Assembly (NCBI RefSeq): GCF_000011125.1
Contig: NC_000854.2
Location: 1,440,001-1,472,000, forward strand
Length of the DNA: 32,000 nt
Direction of reading: 5' to 3'
From: Aeropyrum pernix K1
GTDB taxonomy: Archaea; Thermoproteota; Thermoprotei_A; Sulfolobales; Acidilobaceae
The position numbers were made by a program, and so were the translations under genes. Under the pieces are notes generated by a model that did no database searches, was not told where the DNA came from, and worked only from the letters and a program-made list of their open reading frames with translations. Numbering within the stretch: position 1 is the first letter of the stretch; every line of letters starts with the position of its first letter. Shown here one piece after another: positions 6,781 to 16,323 of the stretch.

Positions 6781-9780
6781 ATGTCTAGCCTAGTCGGTCT
6801 GCACTACGCCACGGTTCTACCGCTGGCAGCTTACCTACTACTAGCCGTTGTTATTCTGCTTCTCGCTATGGGGAGAGATGGCGCGGCGAGGAAAACATTC
6901 ACAGCTAGCTTGCTTATGATAGTGCTTGGCTGGATCCCCTATATTGCTGCGTTCCTCCTGCTCGACTATAGTCTTGATGAGGTTGCGAAAAACGCGTCAG
7001 ACGAGTTATCGCCGTACCTGCGGATCGGGGCTGCATGGTCCGGGGGCGGCGGTAGCCTTTATCTCTTCTCCGCTTTCCTATCACTAGCAATCCTGCTTCA
7101 AATGCTGCTTAACAAGGGCTTGAATAGGCGTGCCATGGCCGTTTTCACGCTTCTAGTATTAACTTCGATGACTTCAGCAACTCTCATGGGAGCTTTCGGA
7201 ACCGGACCGGGAGAGCGGGGAGGGCTAGGCATAAATCCTGTTCTAAAGAACTACTGGGTTGTACCCCACCCAACTACAACCTTCCTGGGCTACAGCTTCA
7301 TATTAGTAGGGTCTGTAGCTCTGGTACTAGGTTATTATAGAACAGGCCTTCCAATTCAGCTTCTGGGCCTCGCGTTTCTCACCTTCGGCCTCGTCTTCGG
7401 CGGCATGTGGAGCTACGAGACATTTGGGTGGGGAGGCTACTGGGCATGGGACCCTGTCGAGACAAGCCAGCTCGCGGTCTGGCTTGCAACGGTCGCCTCG
7501 ATACATATGATAGGCCCCCTTAGGAGCCTTAACCGGGGGTTCGCTGCGTATGCCGCCAGCTCCGTATTCTTAGCTCTCTATGTTACTAGGAGCGGGGTTA
7601 GCCCTCTACACAGCTTTGCGGCAGAGAGCTTTTCCGCGGTTCTACTGTTATCGGCTTCACTGGTAATGCTGGCTCTCTCGATGCTACTATTTTCAGAGGG
7701 TGTCGGAGAGACTCTCGAGAAGTGGAAGAGCCGTCTTCAGGACGCGCGCTGGCCCCCTAGAATTGCGGAGATGAATCTCTCGAACATACTTCTGACGGTT
7801 GGCTCTGTGTCTATTGCCCTCTCAGCACTTATAGTCTACTCGTCGCTGTTAACACCATCAGTGTTAAAGCTAGTTGGTCTCGATACTCAGCCTCCATCGT
7901 TTGAGCAGGGGGTGAGGTTCTACAATAGACTACTCATACCTCTAGCTCTTGTCTCCCTCTATGCGGTGGCCGGTTACTACGTCTCTGTTAGGGCAGGGGC
8001 GAAGGCGGCTTACAGTCTATTCGCAACACTGACTGTTGTTCTAGCCATAATGGGCCTGGCTACGGTCAAGAATACCATAATTATATCCCCCCTTTCCGAC
8101 ACGACCACAAACCTAGCCTCCGCTACCCTACTAGCCGCGGGCTCGATATCGGGATCAGTGCTACTAGCTATGTCACTCTGGATGTTATATGGCATGGTAA
8201 AGGGTAAGGTAGCAAAGAGTGTACACACACTCAGGATAGTGCTTGAGAAGCTAGTGCACGCCACTATGATTATGATACTTGTTTCTGTGGCCATGAGCGG
8301 TAGCTATGCTTACAACCAGGGATACAGCGAAGAGGTCTTAGTACCGTTAGGCGGAGAAGTTAGCGTTATGGGGGTCACCATATCATACGAGGGCTACGAT
8401 TATGAATTACACCAGGGTACGGTGGATCTAAAGAATAATCTCGACCCTTCAAGCGCCATTTTGATTACAGCCAGGGAAGCCCTAAACATGATGGATGAGG
8501 ATTTATCTTCGACTATCAGGGAATATAGGCTTGCATCAGCGGAATCCCAGTCAGACCGGACTCTTCAGACTCTTCTAAAGGCTTCAGCCAGCAACTCCGA
8601 ATATAGGGGCGTCTTCACCTCAACCAGAGGTGTAGCTGATGCTGCAGTTGTCGATGTGAGAACAGGAGAAAATATATCTAACATTCAAACGGCTGGAGAA
8701 ACGGTTCTTCAGCTTGAAGACCCTACACTTGAGGTCACAATAGATCCCAAGCTCGACCCGGAGACTGGGAGGATAGAGGGAGGTGCTCTGAGCGTTGTCT
8801 TCTACCCTGAGAGGCTTGTGGTGTATGGGATCGGCAGCCCCGTGTCACTTGATCCTTATTCATACTTATATGTTCGGTTCCGTGAGCCGGTGGAGATTAA
8901 TTTGGACGATATAACTGTGAATATGGAGGAAGTAGTCGTTTATTCTACTGGTGGCAGTAGCATAGAGGGTGTGGTATCGGGGCAATCTGTCCTATTCGAG
9001 GGTGTAGCCATTAGGGTAGTTTCGGGGGAGTTATCGTTCGGTTCTATGAACATAGAGTTGCCGTACCAGCTGGATAGGGGTGAATTCTTCTACTTTATGG
9101 TTTATAAGGGTCAGGCTGAGGTTTTAGATGATATCTTGTCTTCCAGCATATCCGACCTTCTAGAGTCTGGAATAGCGGGACTGGCAGCCGGAGAAGATAT
9201 GGACGATTTTAATGTGCCTAGGAGAGCCCCGGCTGGAGTCAGTCTTAGACTGTTCATGGAGGTTAACGGGGAGCCTGTGGAGGCTGATCTACGGTTCGAG
9301 GCTAACGGGGAGGCTATAGGGATACATGGCCTTGTGATAGACACAATAATATTGAGGAGGGGGCTAACGAATGTATACATAACAGTACAGGCGCCCCTAG
9401 TCAGCGGCCACTTCGGGGAATATCACGAGCTCATGGTTTATTATTTAAATGAAGCTATGAACACCCTCAGGCCAGAAGAGTACTTGGCCCTTGCTTCGGT
9501 GATGGCTGCAGGCTACAATATAGCGAGCATAGTATCCTCGCCCAGTAAAGAGAGGGCCGCGCTAGAGGTAGAGAGAGCTACGATAGACCTGTACCTGCTC
9601 TCGGAGAAGTTAGATGAGAAGCGTTCAAGCGCGGCTGAGGGAATAGTTGTTAGTGTGAAGATAGTTCCTGGGGTTCCGCTCCTCTGGTTAACTGGCGTGC
9701 TAGCAGGGGTCCTCCTGCTTGCTATGGCTTCTATCCACTTCTACCTGGGCTTCAGGCAGGGCCGACTTATTGATACTTAG
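6781..9780 (+). CDS. ccmF: Cytochrome c-type biogenesis protein, CcmF/CcsA-like heme handling protein (999 aa)
   Basis: WWD-type motif WGGYWAWDPVETSQLAVWL, many TM segments, long C-terminal extracytoplasmic domain; starts 18 nt after ccdA-like gene. Confidence 0.8.
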   Translation: MSSLVGLHYATVLPLAAYLLLAVVILLLAMGRDGAARKTFTASLLMIVLGWIPYIAAFLLLDYSLDEVAKNASDELSPYLRIGAAWSGGGGSLYLFSAFLSLAILLQMLLNKGLNRRAMAVFTLLVLTSMTSATLMGAFGTGPGERGGLGINPVLKNYWVVPHPTTTFLGYSFILVGSVALVLGYYRTGLPIQLLGLAFLTFGLVFGGMWSYETFGWGGYWAWDPVETSQLAVWLATVASIHMIGPLRSLNRGFAAYAASSVFLALYVTRSGVSPLHSFAAESFSAVLLLSASLVMLALSMLLFSEGVGETLEKWKSRLQDARWPPRIAEMNLSNILLTVGSVSIALSALIVYSSLLTPSVLKLVGLDTQPPSFEQGVRFYNRLLIPLALVSLYAVAGYYVSVRAGAKAAYSLFATLTVVLAIMGLATVKNTIIISPLSDTTTNLASATLLAAGSISGSVLLAMSLWMLYGMVKGKVAKSVHTLRIVLEKLVHATMIMILVSVAMSGSYAYNQGYSEEVLVPLGGEVSVMGVTISYEGYDYELHQGTVDLKNNLDPSSAILITAREALNMMDEDLSSTIREYRLASAESQSDRTLQTLLKASASNSEYRGVFTSTRGVADAAVVDVRTGENISNIQTAGETVLQLEDPTLEVTIDPKLDPETGRIEGGALSVVFYPERLVVYGIGSPVSLDPYSYLYVRFREPVEINLDDITVNMEEVVVYSTGGSSIEGVVSGQSVLFEGVAIRVVSGELSFGSMNIELPYQLDRGEFFYFMVYKGQAEVLDDILSSSISDLLESGIAGLAAGEDMDDFNVPRRAPAGVSLRLFMEVNGEPVEADLRFEANGEAIGIHGLVIDTIILRRGLTNVYITVQAPLVSGHFGEYHELMVYYLNEAMNTLRPEEYLALASVMAAGYNIASIVSSPSKERAALEVERATIDLYLLSEKLDEKRSSAAEGIVVSVKIVPGVPLLWLTGVLAGVLLLAMASIHFYLGFRQGRLIDT

Positions 9781-9913
9781 ATTTACGTTATAGATTTCAA
9801 GTACATATTTTGTAGTGACGTGAGAAAAGTATGTATAACCTTATCAGACACTAGTATATCAGGTCTGTCGTACAAAAATGATACCGGTTAATGTTTGGTT
9901 GTGATATAGAACT

Positions 9914-12151
9914 ATGTTAAAGGCTTTTGGAGGAGCATCTATAGCCCTTGTAACGGCTTTGCTGCTTCTCCTCGTCATAATACTCTCTCCAATCCAGGGA
10001 GCAGTTTCCGCTGCCTATAGTGTTCTCGTAGACGACTCGCATACTTACGGTAGAAGTATAGTTTACAATGCAATAAGCTCTAAAACTGGAATAGCGCCCC
10101 TCCAATATAGTGATGCGGCTGCAGGCACCATTTATAGTGATGGAGCGTTCGACGGCTTAATCACGCTGTACTATGGTACAATACCGTTTGCCACCGCGAG
10201 GTGGGATAGTAACTGGTCAGGCGATGACGTGTTTAACGATGTAGCCGCAAGTAGTCAGGCATCAGCCACGGTAGTGGGGTATACGAAGAAGTCTTACAGC
10301 CTGGGCGTCATCGCCGAGTACAATAACAATGGTCTCCTCCTTAACAATTACGTGTTCGGAGTCGGCGGGGCAAAACATGTAACAGTGAACGGTATAGTCT
10401 ATAGTCCTGCGCACAGCGCCTATGTTATAGTGGGTGACCTCGAGGGCGTCTCCTGGGCGCCCAAGGCAGGCTTCATAGCCATAGGAAACGCATCTGGCAT
10501 AGGAGGCATCGTAAAAGTAATACTAGCCTACAGTAGCTTCGAGAAGGTCGACGTGGTTAAGGACCCCTCTAACACCCGCTACGGCTATATAGCGGTAGCC
10601 GCAACATTCTTCAACAATACCGACATGAGCTTCGACGACGCCGGTGTTGTTCTTCTAGACCCCAATCTAAACCTCGTTACCTCGATGTACATAGACCTCC
10701 CTGGGCATGAGAAGGGGCTGGACGTCGCTTTTAACGGGTCTGAAGTAGTCCTTGCGGGCCAGAGCGTAGATTCCTCAGGAGGGAGTCATGGTTTCCTCTC
10801 GGCCAGCAAATACGACTTCGCGAACGACCTCTGGGCTAACATCTGGCACATGATTATAGACACGCCGGTGGACGATGCTGTCACTGGCGTGGACCTTAAA
10901 GCAGGCGTGATATACGTATCAGGCTACACCTCGATGCAGACTAACGGGCAGGCGACGGCGTTCGTAGGCTTCATAGACGGCGGCCCATCCCAGACAGTCC
11001 TCCTCGACTACACTGGCGGGAGCACGGTGTTCAACGATGTAAAGGCCGACGGCAACCAGTTTATACACGCCGCTGGCAAAGTCGTTGGACAGCCGTTCCC
11101 AGGCACCCTCTCCCAAAGCAGCATCACACCAATCATTTCGCAGCAGATTGTAGCTAACAGGAGTGACACGCTCAAGGACCTCGAGGCCAGAAACACGGAT
11201 GTCTCCGGGAGTTCGCAGCTTATAAGCCCTGTATACGATAACCCTACAACCCTAAGCGGCCTCTATGTAGTGCTTGCGCCGAAGGATGAAGGCGGGGGCA
11301 CCGATACGTCCACAACGACGACAACGACAATAACGACAATAACGATAACCGGTACTAGAACTACCACGACCTACACGACATTCCCAGGAACGGTAACGCC
11401 AACCTTCCCACAGCAGCCATACTGTATAGACATAAGCACCGGAAGCGAAGCACCCGGGGTACTCGACCCACTCGGCACTTTTGAAAACCCGGTAACTCAG
11501 GCGCCCGACTGGGGGACCAGCCAACCCCTAGGGAGGCCCGTCTCTTCAGTACAGCTGAGTGCGTGGCCCTCATTCCAGGGGGTCCAAGGCTTCCCCGGCC
11601 AGTGGATAACAGCCTACTTTGACCTTCAAGACCCCAGCAAGCCCGACTATAACACCACAAACAGGCCTGTAACAACATACGCCATAAGCTTCTACCTACC
11701 AGCTCCAGGGCAGCTCGTCATGGAGTGGAGTGCCGACGACTCCGGAGAGCTATTCATAGATGGAACGCTAGTTCAAACACACTCCGGCCAGAACGCCTTC
11801 CAGACGACAACCTCCTACCAAACAAGCCTCCTCCAGGGGAACCACACAATAGAAATCAGAGTGATGGACGAGCACGCCCACTACACGGGGCTGTTTGTAA
11901 GTGGCAGCGTCTGCGTTAACGCCTGCACACCAGAGACAGTAACAACCACTGTATATGCGCCGGGAGTCACAACATCAGTCGCGACAAAGACCGATGAGGG
12001 AGCCCAGGCTACAGTCACGTCACTCATACCGGAGGACGAAGGACCTCTCTCCAGCCTGCTAGACTCTATACCAGGCGGTATAGCTGGCGCTATTGCTATA
12101 ATAGCGGGCCTGGTTATAGCAACAGGAGTAGCATATAGAATATTGAAGTGA
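9914..12151 (+). CDS. Secreted surface protein, repeated beta-propeller-like N-terminus, Thr-rich linker, PA14-like domain, C-terminal TM anchor
   Basis: Signal peptide LALLLLLVIILSPIQGAVSA; STTTTTTITTITITGTRTTTTYTTF linker; YAISFYLPAPGQLVMEWSADDSGELFIDGTLVQTH...GNHTIEIRVMD PA14-like; C-terminal TM ending YRILK. Confidence 0.6.
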   Translation: MLKAFGGASIALVTALLLLLVIILSPIQGAVSAAYSVLVDDSHTYGRSIVYNAISSKTGIAPLQYSDAAAGTIYSDGAFDGLITLYYGTIPFATARWDSNWSGDDVFNDVAASSQASATVVGYTKKSYSLGVIAEYNNNGLLLNNYVFGVGGAKHVTVNGIVYSPAHSAYVIVGDLEGVSWAPKAGFIAIGNASGIGGIVKVILAYSSFEKVDVVKDPSNTRYGYIAVAATFFNNTDMSFDDAGVVLLDPNLNLVTSMYIDLPGHEKGLDVAFNGSEVVLAGQSVDSSGGSHGFLSASKYDFANDLWANIWHMIIDTPVDDAVTGVDLKAGVIYVSGYTSMQTNGQATAFVGFIDGGPSQTVLLDYTGGSTVFNDVKADGNQFIHAAGKVVGQPFPGTLSQSSITPIISQQIVANRSDTLKDLEARNTDVSGSSQLISPVYDNPTTLSGLYVVLAPKDEGGGTDTSTTTTTTITTITITGTRTTTTYTTFPGTVTPTFPQQPYCIDISTGSEAPGVLDPLGTFENPVTQAPDWGTSQPLGRPVSSVQLSAWPSFQGVQGFPGQWITAYFDLQDPSKPDYNTTNRPVTTYAISFYLPAPGQLVMEWSADDSGELFIDGTLVQTHSGQNAFQTTTSYQTSLLQGNHTIEIRVMDEHAHYTGLFVSGSVCVNACTPETVTTTVYAPGVTTSVATKTDEGAQATVTSLIPEDEGPLSSLLDSIPGGIAGAIAIIAGLVIATGVAYRILK
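11309..11370 (+). repeat. ACN-type triplet-like microrepeat encoding Thr-rich linker
   Basis: acgtccacaacgacgacaacgacaataacgacaataacgataaccggtactagaactaccacg. Confidence 0.6.
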
Positions 12152-12326
12152 ATAAAACAACAAGCAATAAGGAATATCTATATAAACTTTGAGTCAAGCC
12201 CGGCTCAACTCTTTTTCTCAGGGTGGGTGGGGAGGTCTCCTATCCCCTCCAAGCCCTATCAAGATCATCCTTGTTTAAATGGGTTTACTCATTAATTATC
12301 CAGGGGTGGAATTCGGGGTAGGGTTT

Positions 12327-13142
12327 ATGTCCCGATTGAACATAGCTGTTCTCCAGGTTGCGTCAACGCGTGAAAAGGATGCCAATCTAGAATCTGTTAA
12401 AAGGCTTGCCTCGCGTGTAAAGAACTCGCCTGATATAGTGTTGACGCCGGAGTACCTCATGTTAGACCCTACGGGGCTGGGCAGGGATGCTATATATGAT
12501 GCTGCTGAGGACCTGGAGGGCCGTTGGTCCCGGGAGCTCTCTAAGATAGCCGAGAGCCTGGGGTCCTGCCTCCTTGGGCATCTGTTCCTCAAAACCCCCT
12601 CTGGCAGGGTTGCCAACGCTGCTGTGTTGTACAGTAGAGATGGCGGGATAATTGGTGTTTACCGTAAGACACACCTCTTCGACGCCTACGGCTATGTGGA
12701 GAGTAGCTTCACAGAGCCGGGTGACGAGCTCTGGGAACCCCGTAAGGCTTGCGGAGCAAGCATAGGAGTTGCGATTTGTTACGAGCTCCGGTTTCCCGAA
12801 ATTTTCAGGACACAATCTCTAGTTGGGGGTGTTGACATCTTCCTTGTACCAGCCGCATGGTATAGAGGGCCAGGTAAAGAGGAGGCTCTGAGCGTCCTAT
12901 CTAGGGCTAGAGCCCAAGAAAACACTTCATATGTAGCAGTTGCATCAAATGCTGGAGCCAACTTCGTAGGGCGCAGCATGATAATACACCCACTCGGCTA
13001 CACCCTCGCACAAGCCCCCCCTTGGGAGTGGGTGCTCGAACACGAGATCGATCTAAGGGAGATTGAGAGGGCCCGCAAGTCGTTGCCAGTGTTGGAGCAT
13101 GTGAAACCACATCTATACAGGTATCTTATGAAGCAGGGTTAG
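12327..13142 (+). CDS. Carbon-nitrogen hydrolase (nitrilase superfamily)
   Basis: ATG 12327 (ORF track starts at 12279): MSRLNIAVLQVAS; catalytic E in LTPEYL, K in YRKTHLFD, C in GVAICYELRFPE. Confidence 0.88.
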   Translation: MSRLNIAVLQVASTREKDANLESVKRLASRVKNSPDIVLTPEYLMLDPTGLGRDAIYDAAEDLEGRWSRELSKIAESLGSCLLGHLFLKTPSGRVANAAVLYSRDGGIIGVYRKTHLFDAYGYVESSFTEPGDELWEPRKACGASIGVAICYELRFPEIFRTQSLVGGVDIFLVPAAWYRGPGKEEALSVLSRARAQENTSYVAVASNAGANFVGRSMIIHPLGYTLAQAPPWEWVLEHEIDLREIERARKSLPVLEHVKPHLYRYLMKQG

Positions 13143-13439
13143 AGACAAGCAGCCTCGTCAGCCGGCACCCTGCAGTTTAAGAGTGTTTTGTCGACTCCAT
13201 TAATTATATTCATACAGCCTCATTTAGTAGCGTCTTTTCCCTTTATCGTCAACTCGCGGTTTAATTCCGCACAGAGGCCCGGGGGCCCACTCGTTTAGGA
13301 AGGCTTGTGTTAGTCGGTTTTTCGACTTTTCAAAATTTTCAAAATAGGGATATGTGTTAGTGTTTATAGGCACGCAATAATTATTAACCATTAATATTAA
13401 CGGAGAAGACTGTTAGATAAACAGTGGAGGTGAGGGGAT

Positions 13440-14192
13440 ATGCCCGGGAGCATACCCCTGATCGGAGAGAGATTCCCTGAAATGGAGGTTACTACAGACC
13501 ACGGTGTAATCAAGCTACCAGACCACTATGTGAGCCAGGGTAAGTGGTTCGTGCTGTTCAGCCATCCAGCAGATTTCACTCCCGTCTGCACGACAGAGTT
13601 CGTCAGCTTTGCTAGGAGATACGAGGACTTCCAGAGGCTTGGAGTCGACCTGATAGGTCTCAGCGTTGACAGTGTGTTCAGCCACATAAAGTGGAAGGAG
13701 TGGATTGAGAGGCACATTGGCGTTAGGATACCGTTCCCGATAATAGCGGATCCGCAGGGAACTGTGGCTAGGAGGCTGGGTCTACTTCACGCCGAGAGCG
13801 CCACACACACGGTTAGAGGGGTATTCATAGTCGATGCTAGGGGCGTTATCAGGACTATGCTCTACTACCCCATGGAGCTTGGCAGACTTGTAGACGAGAT
13901 ACTGAGGATAGTTAAGGCCCTGAAGCTAGGCGACAGCCTGAAGAGGGCAGTACCCGCAGACTGGCCCAACAACGAGATAATTGGTGAGGGACTCATAGTT
14001 CCGCCGCCAACTACGGAGGACCAGGCGAGGGCGAGGATGGAGTCGGGCCAGTACCGCTGTCTAGACTGGTGGTTCTGCTGGGACACTCCAGCAAGCAGGG
14101 ACGACGTGGAGGAGGCTAGGAGATACCTCAGAAGGGCCGCTGAGAAGCCCGCTAAGCTGCTCTATGAGGAAGCCCGAACACACCTACACTAG
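13440..14192 (+). CDS. Peroxiredoxin / thioredoxin peroxidase (Prx6-type, C-terminally extended)
   Basis: [10 protein letters not shown] peroxidatic motif; C-terminal [11 protein letters not shown]; matches recalled Aeropyrum pernix ApTPx; strong Shine-Dalgarno GGAGGTGAGG before ATG. Confidence 0.97.
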   Translation: MPGSIPLIGERFPEMEVTTDHGVIKLPDHYVSQGKWFVLFSHPADFTPVCTTEFVSFARRYEDFQRLGVDLIGLSVDSVFSHIKWKEWIERHIGVRIPFPIIADPQGTVARRLGLLHAESATHTVRGVFIVDARGVIRTMLYYPMELGRLVDEILRIVKALKLGDSLKRAVPADWPNNEIIGEGLIVPPPTTEDQARARMESGQYRCLDWWFCWDTPASRDDVEEARRYLRRAAEKPAKLLYEEARTHLH

Positions 14193-14278
14193 CCAAACAG
14201 TATTTAACCGTGTCATGTAGCCTCACTTCCTTTACATCCTCGCTTTGTTTTTATTATATAAGCTGAAATCCGCTGGAC

Positions 14279-16195
14279 TTATCTTAGCATCCTTGAAATA
14301 GCTGCTCCTAAGAGGAGAGAGAGTATAGCTACTAGGAGTATTGCTATTGAGTACGCTTCAACCCCGTGTTCGACGGGAACCATGTTTTCTATGGTTCTAG
14401 TGACCGTTACTGTAGATTCCCTCGTCACAGTCGTAACATAGATAGTCTCGGTACTTGTAGATTCTAAATTTGAACCAGGCGAACTAGGCTTCTCGCCTAT
14501 GCCTAGAGCTAGTGCTACGGCGTCGAGGTAGAGTAGTGCTTTGCTAGATGTAAGCAGTAGTTGAATGCCTTCCATCGCGTCAATAGAGGCGAGGGCGGCC
14601 TTGGGGTATTGAGAGGAGTCTTCTGGTAGCCGGGAGGCTATGTAGCCTGCCAGTGCTGTTATCCCCTGTGCTGTAGCTTCGGGGTCTAGAGTGAACGCCT
14701 CGTGTAGGTACGATGACGCGGCTGCTATAGCCTCTATAGAGTAGCCGGCTGTCTCAAGCGGGTTGTCCTTAGTAGAGAGGGCTAGGCTAACAAGATACTC
14801 AGCCCTTTCGTACCCCCGCTTACCGGTTTCGCTACCTATCTGTATGACGTAGGCCGTTGTAGTCGCAGCTTGAGACTCCATAACCCTCGCTAGCTTCTCA
14901 AGTACGGCGCCCTCCAGAGGCGCGCCCGATTGCGAGGCCTCCGCTACCGTGGCCCAGAGTCCTGCCCACCGGGCTAGTGAGAGAGCGGAGGAAACCCTCA
15001 GAACTCCCTCATAGTTCGCTTCCCCGAGAATGCTCACCGGTATGAAATACCTTCCATTCTTCTCAACTAGCATGCCTAGGCCGTTGGAGTACTCGTAGGA
15101 CGCTTCTCCAAGGACACCGTACGCTTTGAGAACTGCATCGAGGTTAGCCACGGTAACCTCCTCAATTCCCCCCAGCTTCTCCATGACCCCAGCGATGCTG
15201 TTTCGAGACTCCTCCACAAGCTCTGTTACATCGAAGTCACCATCCTTCGCTTCACTTACTTCAATAGACGCCCTGGCATACGAATAAGCCAGGGTTGCGT
15301 ACACTGCGGATGCATAGTAGAAGTCGTCATTAGCCAAGTCTAATGCCCTGTCTGACAGTTCTAAAGCCTTCTGGGCAAGCACGTTATCGCTATCACCTGC
15401 AAGGCTTCTCGCTAGGTTGACGGTCTCCAGCGTATACTGGCTGAGAGTAGCTGTCAACTGCTGAGAAGGGCTTGGAGGAACCCTAGCTTCTGGGACGGGT
15501 AACCCTAGTGCTTCAGCTGCCTCTGCTAGAGTGCTGACACCTATCACGTTAACGCCGAGGCTCCTACCATACTCAACTAGGTCTATGGAAATCGGTGTAG
15601 ACACTATCCTCACTATAGGCCCGTTCCTCTCAACCTTCCTAGCTATATATGTGTACTTCTCCTGCCCGTGGGGTATGAGGAAAACCTTCGCCCCCGAAGA
15701 GGCGGCGGCCTCCAGCTTCTCCTTCAACCCTCCGACAGGCCCCACACTGGTGTCGGGTAGTATCATACCTGTGGCGGCATAACCGTCTAGGCAAGACCCG
15801 GTTGTCAGGAGAGAGTAAGTCGCGAGGGCCATAGCCAGCCCCGCGCTCGGCCCGCCCACAACAATACTCTTAGACTCTAGAACATAGTAGAAGTCTAGGC
15901 TCGACATGTCAACGCCGGCCGCAAGACTGGCCGCGAAGGCGGCAACCCTAGCGCTGCCTAGCGTATCCAGCTGGCTAGCCGGGCTTGTTGAGATGTAGAC
16001 TCTCCCTTCTCCAGGATACCTAACCGTAACTATAAGCCTCCCGGTGGCACCCTCCCCCGAGCTGGATACGGCAACTATGATTGACTCGCATGAAGCCTGG
16101 AAGCCGTCTTCACTATTAGATAGAGCGGTGAGGGCAGGAGCTGATGCTACGAGAATAATGGTTAGAAGGACGGCCAGGTACACAATTATTCTCAA
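14279..16195 (-). CDS. Membrane-anchored Lon-type (S16) serine protease domain protein without AAA+ domain (COG1750-like)
   Basis: GGPSAGLAMALATYSLLTTG and GPVGGLKEKLEAAASSGAKVFLIP (Ser-Lys dyad motifs); N-terminal TM; Thr-rich YVTTVTRESTVTVTRT stalk; C-terminal TM ending SRMLR. ORF track extends to 16354, but TTG at 16195 starts directly at the signal sequence. Confidence 0.8.
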   Translation of the reverse strand: MRIIVYLAVLLTIILVASAPALTALSNSEDGFQASCESIIVAVSSSGEGATGRLIVTVRYPGEGRVYISTSPASQLDTLGSARVAAFAASLAAGVDMSSLDFYYVLESKSIVVGGPSAGLAMALATYSLLTTGSCLDGYAATGMILPDTSVGPVGGLKEKLEAAASSGAKVFLIPHGQEKYTYIARKVERNGPIVRIVSTPISIDLVEYGRSLGVNVIGVSTLAEAAEALGLPVPEARVPPSPSQQLTATLSQYTLETVNLARSLAGDSDNVLAQKALELSDRALDLANDDFYYASAVYATLAYSYARASIEVSEAKDGDFDVTELVEESRNSIAGVMEKLGGIEEVTVANLDAVLKAYGVLGEASYEYSNGLGMLVEKNGRYFIPVSILGEANYEGVLRVSSALSLARWAGLWATVAEASQSGAPLEGAVLEKLARVMESQAATTTAYVIQIGSETGKRGYERAEYLVSLALSTKDNPLETAGYSIEAIAAASSYLHEAFTLDPEATAQGITALAGYIASRLPEDSSQYPKAALASIDAMEGIQLLLTSSKALLYLDAVALALGIGEKPSSPGSNLESTSTETIYVTTVTRESTVTVTRTIENMVPVEHGVEAYSIAILLVAILSLLLGAAISRMLR

Positions 16196-16323
16196 CCCTA
16201 AACCCCGTGGTGGAAAGGGATTTTTGTCGAAGATTAAATATACGGTCGGCGTGGTGCGCAAAAGCTGTAGGCTAGCCGTCTGTGGGCCTTCCCGCCGTAA
16301 ATCCTGGATAATAATGAAAATAT

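Noticed and set aside
12220-12265. GGGGAGGTCTCCTATCCCC hairpin before the nitrilase gene
   Set aside because: Short imperfect stem (5 bp GGGGA/TCCCC); possible terminator but not strong enough to list
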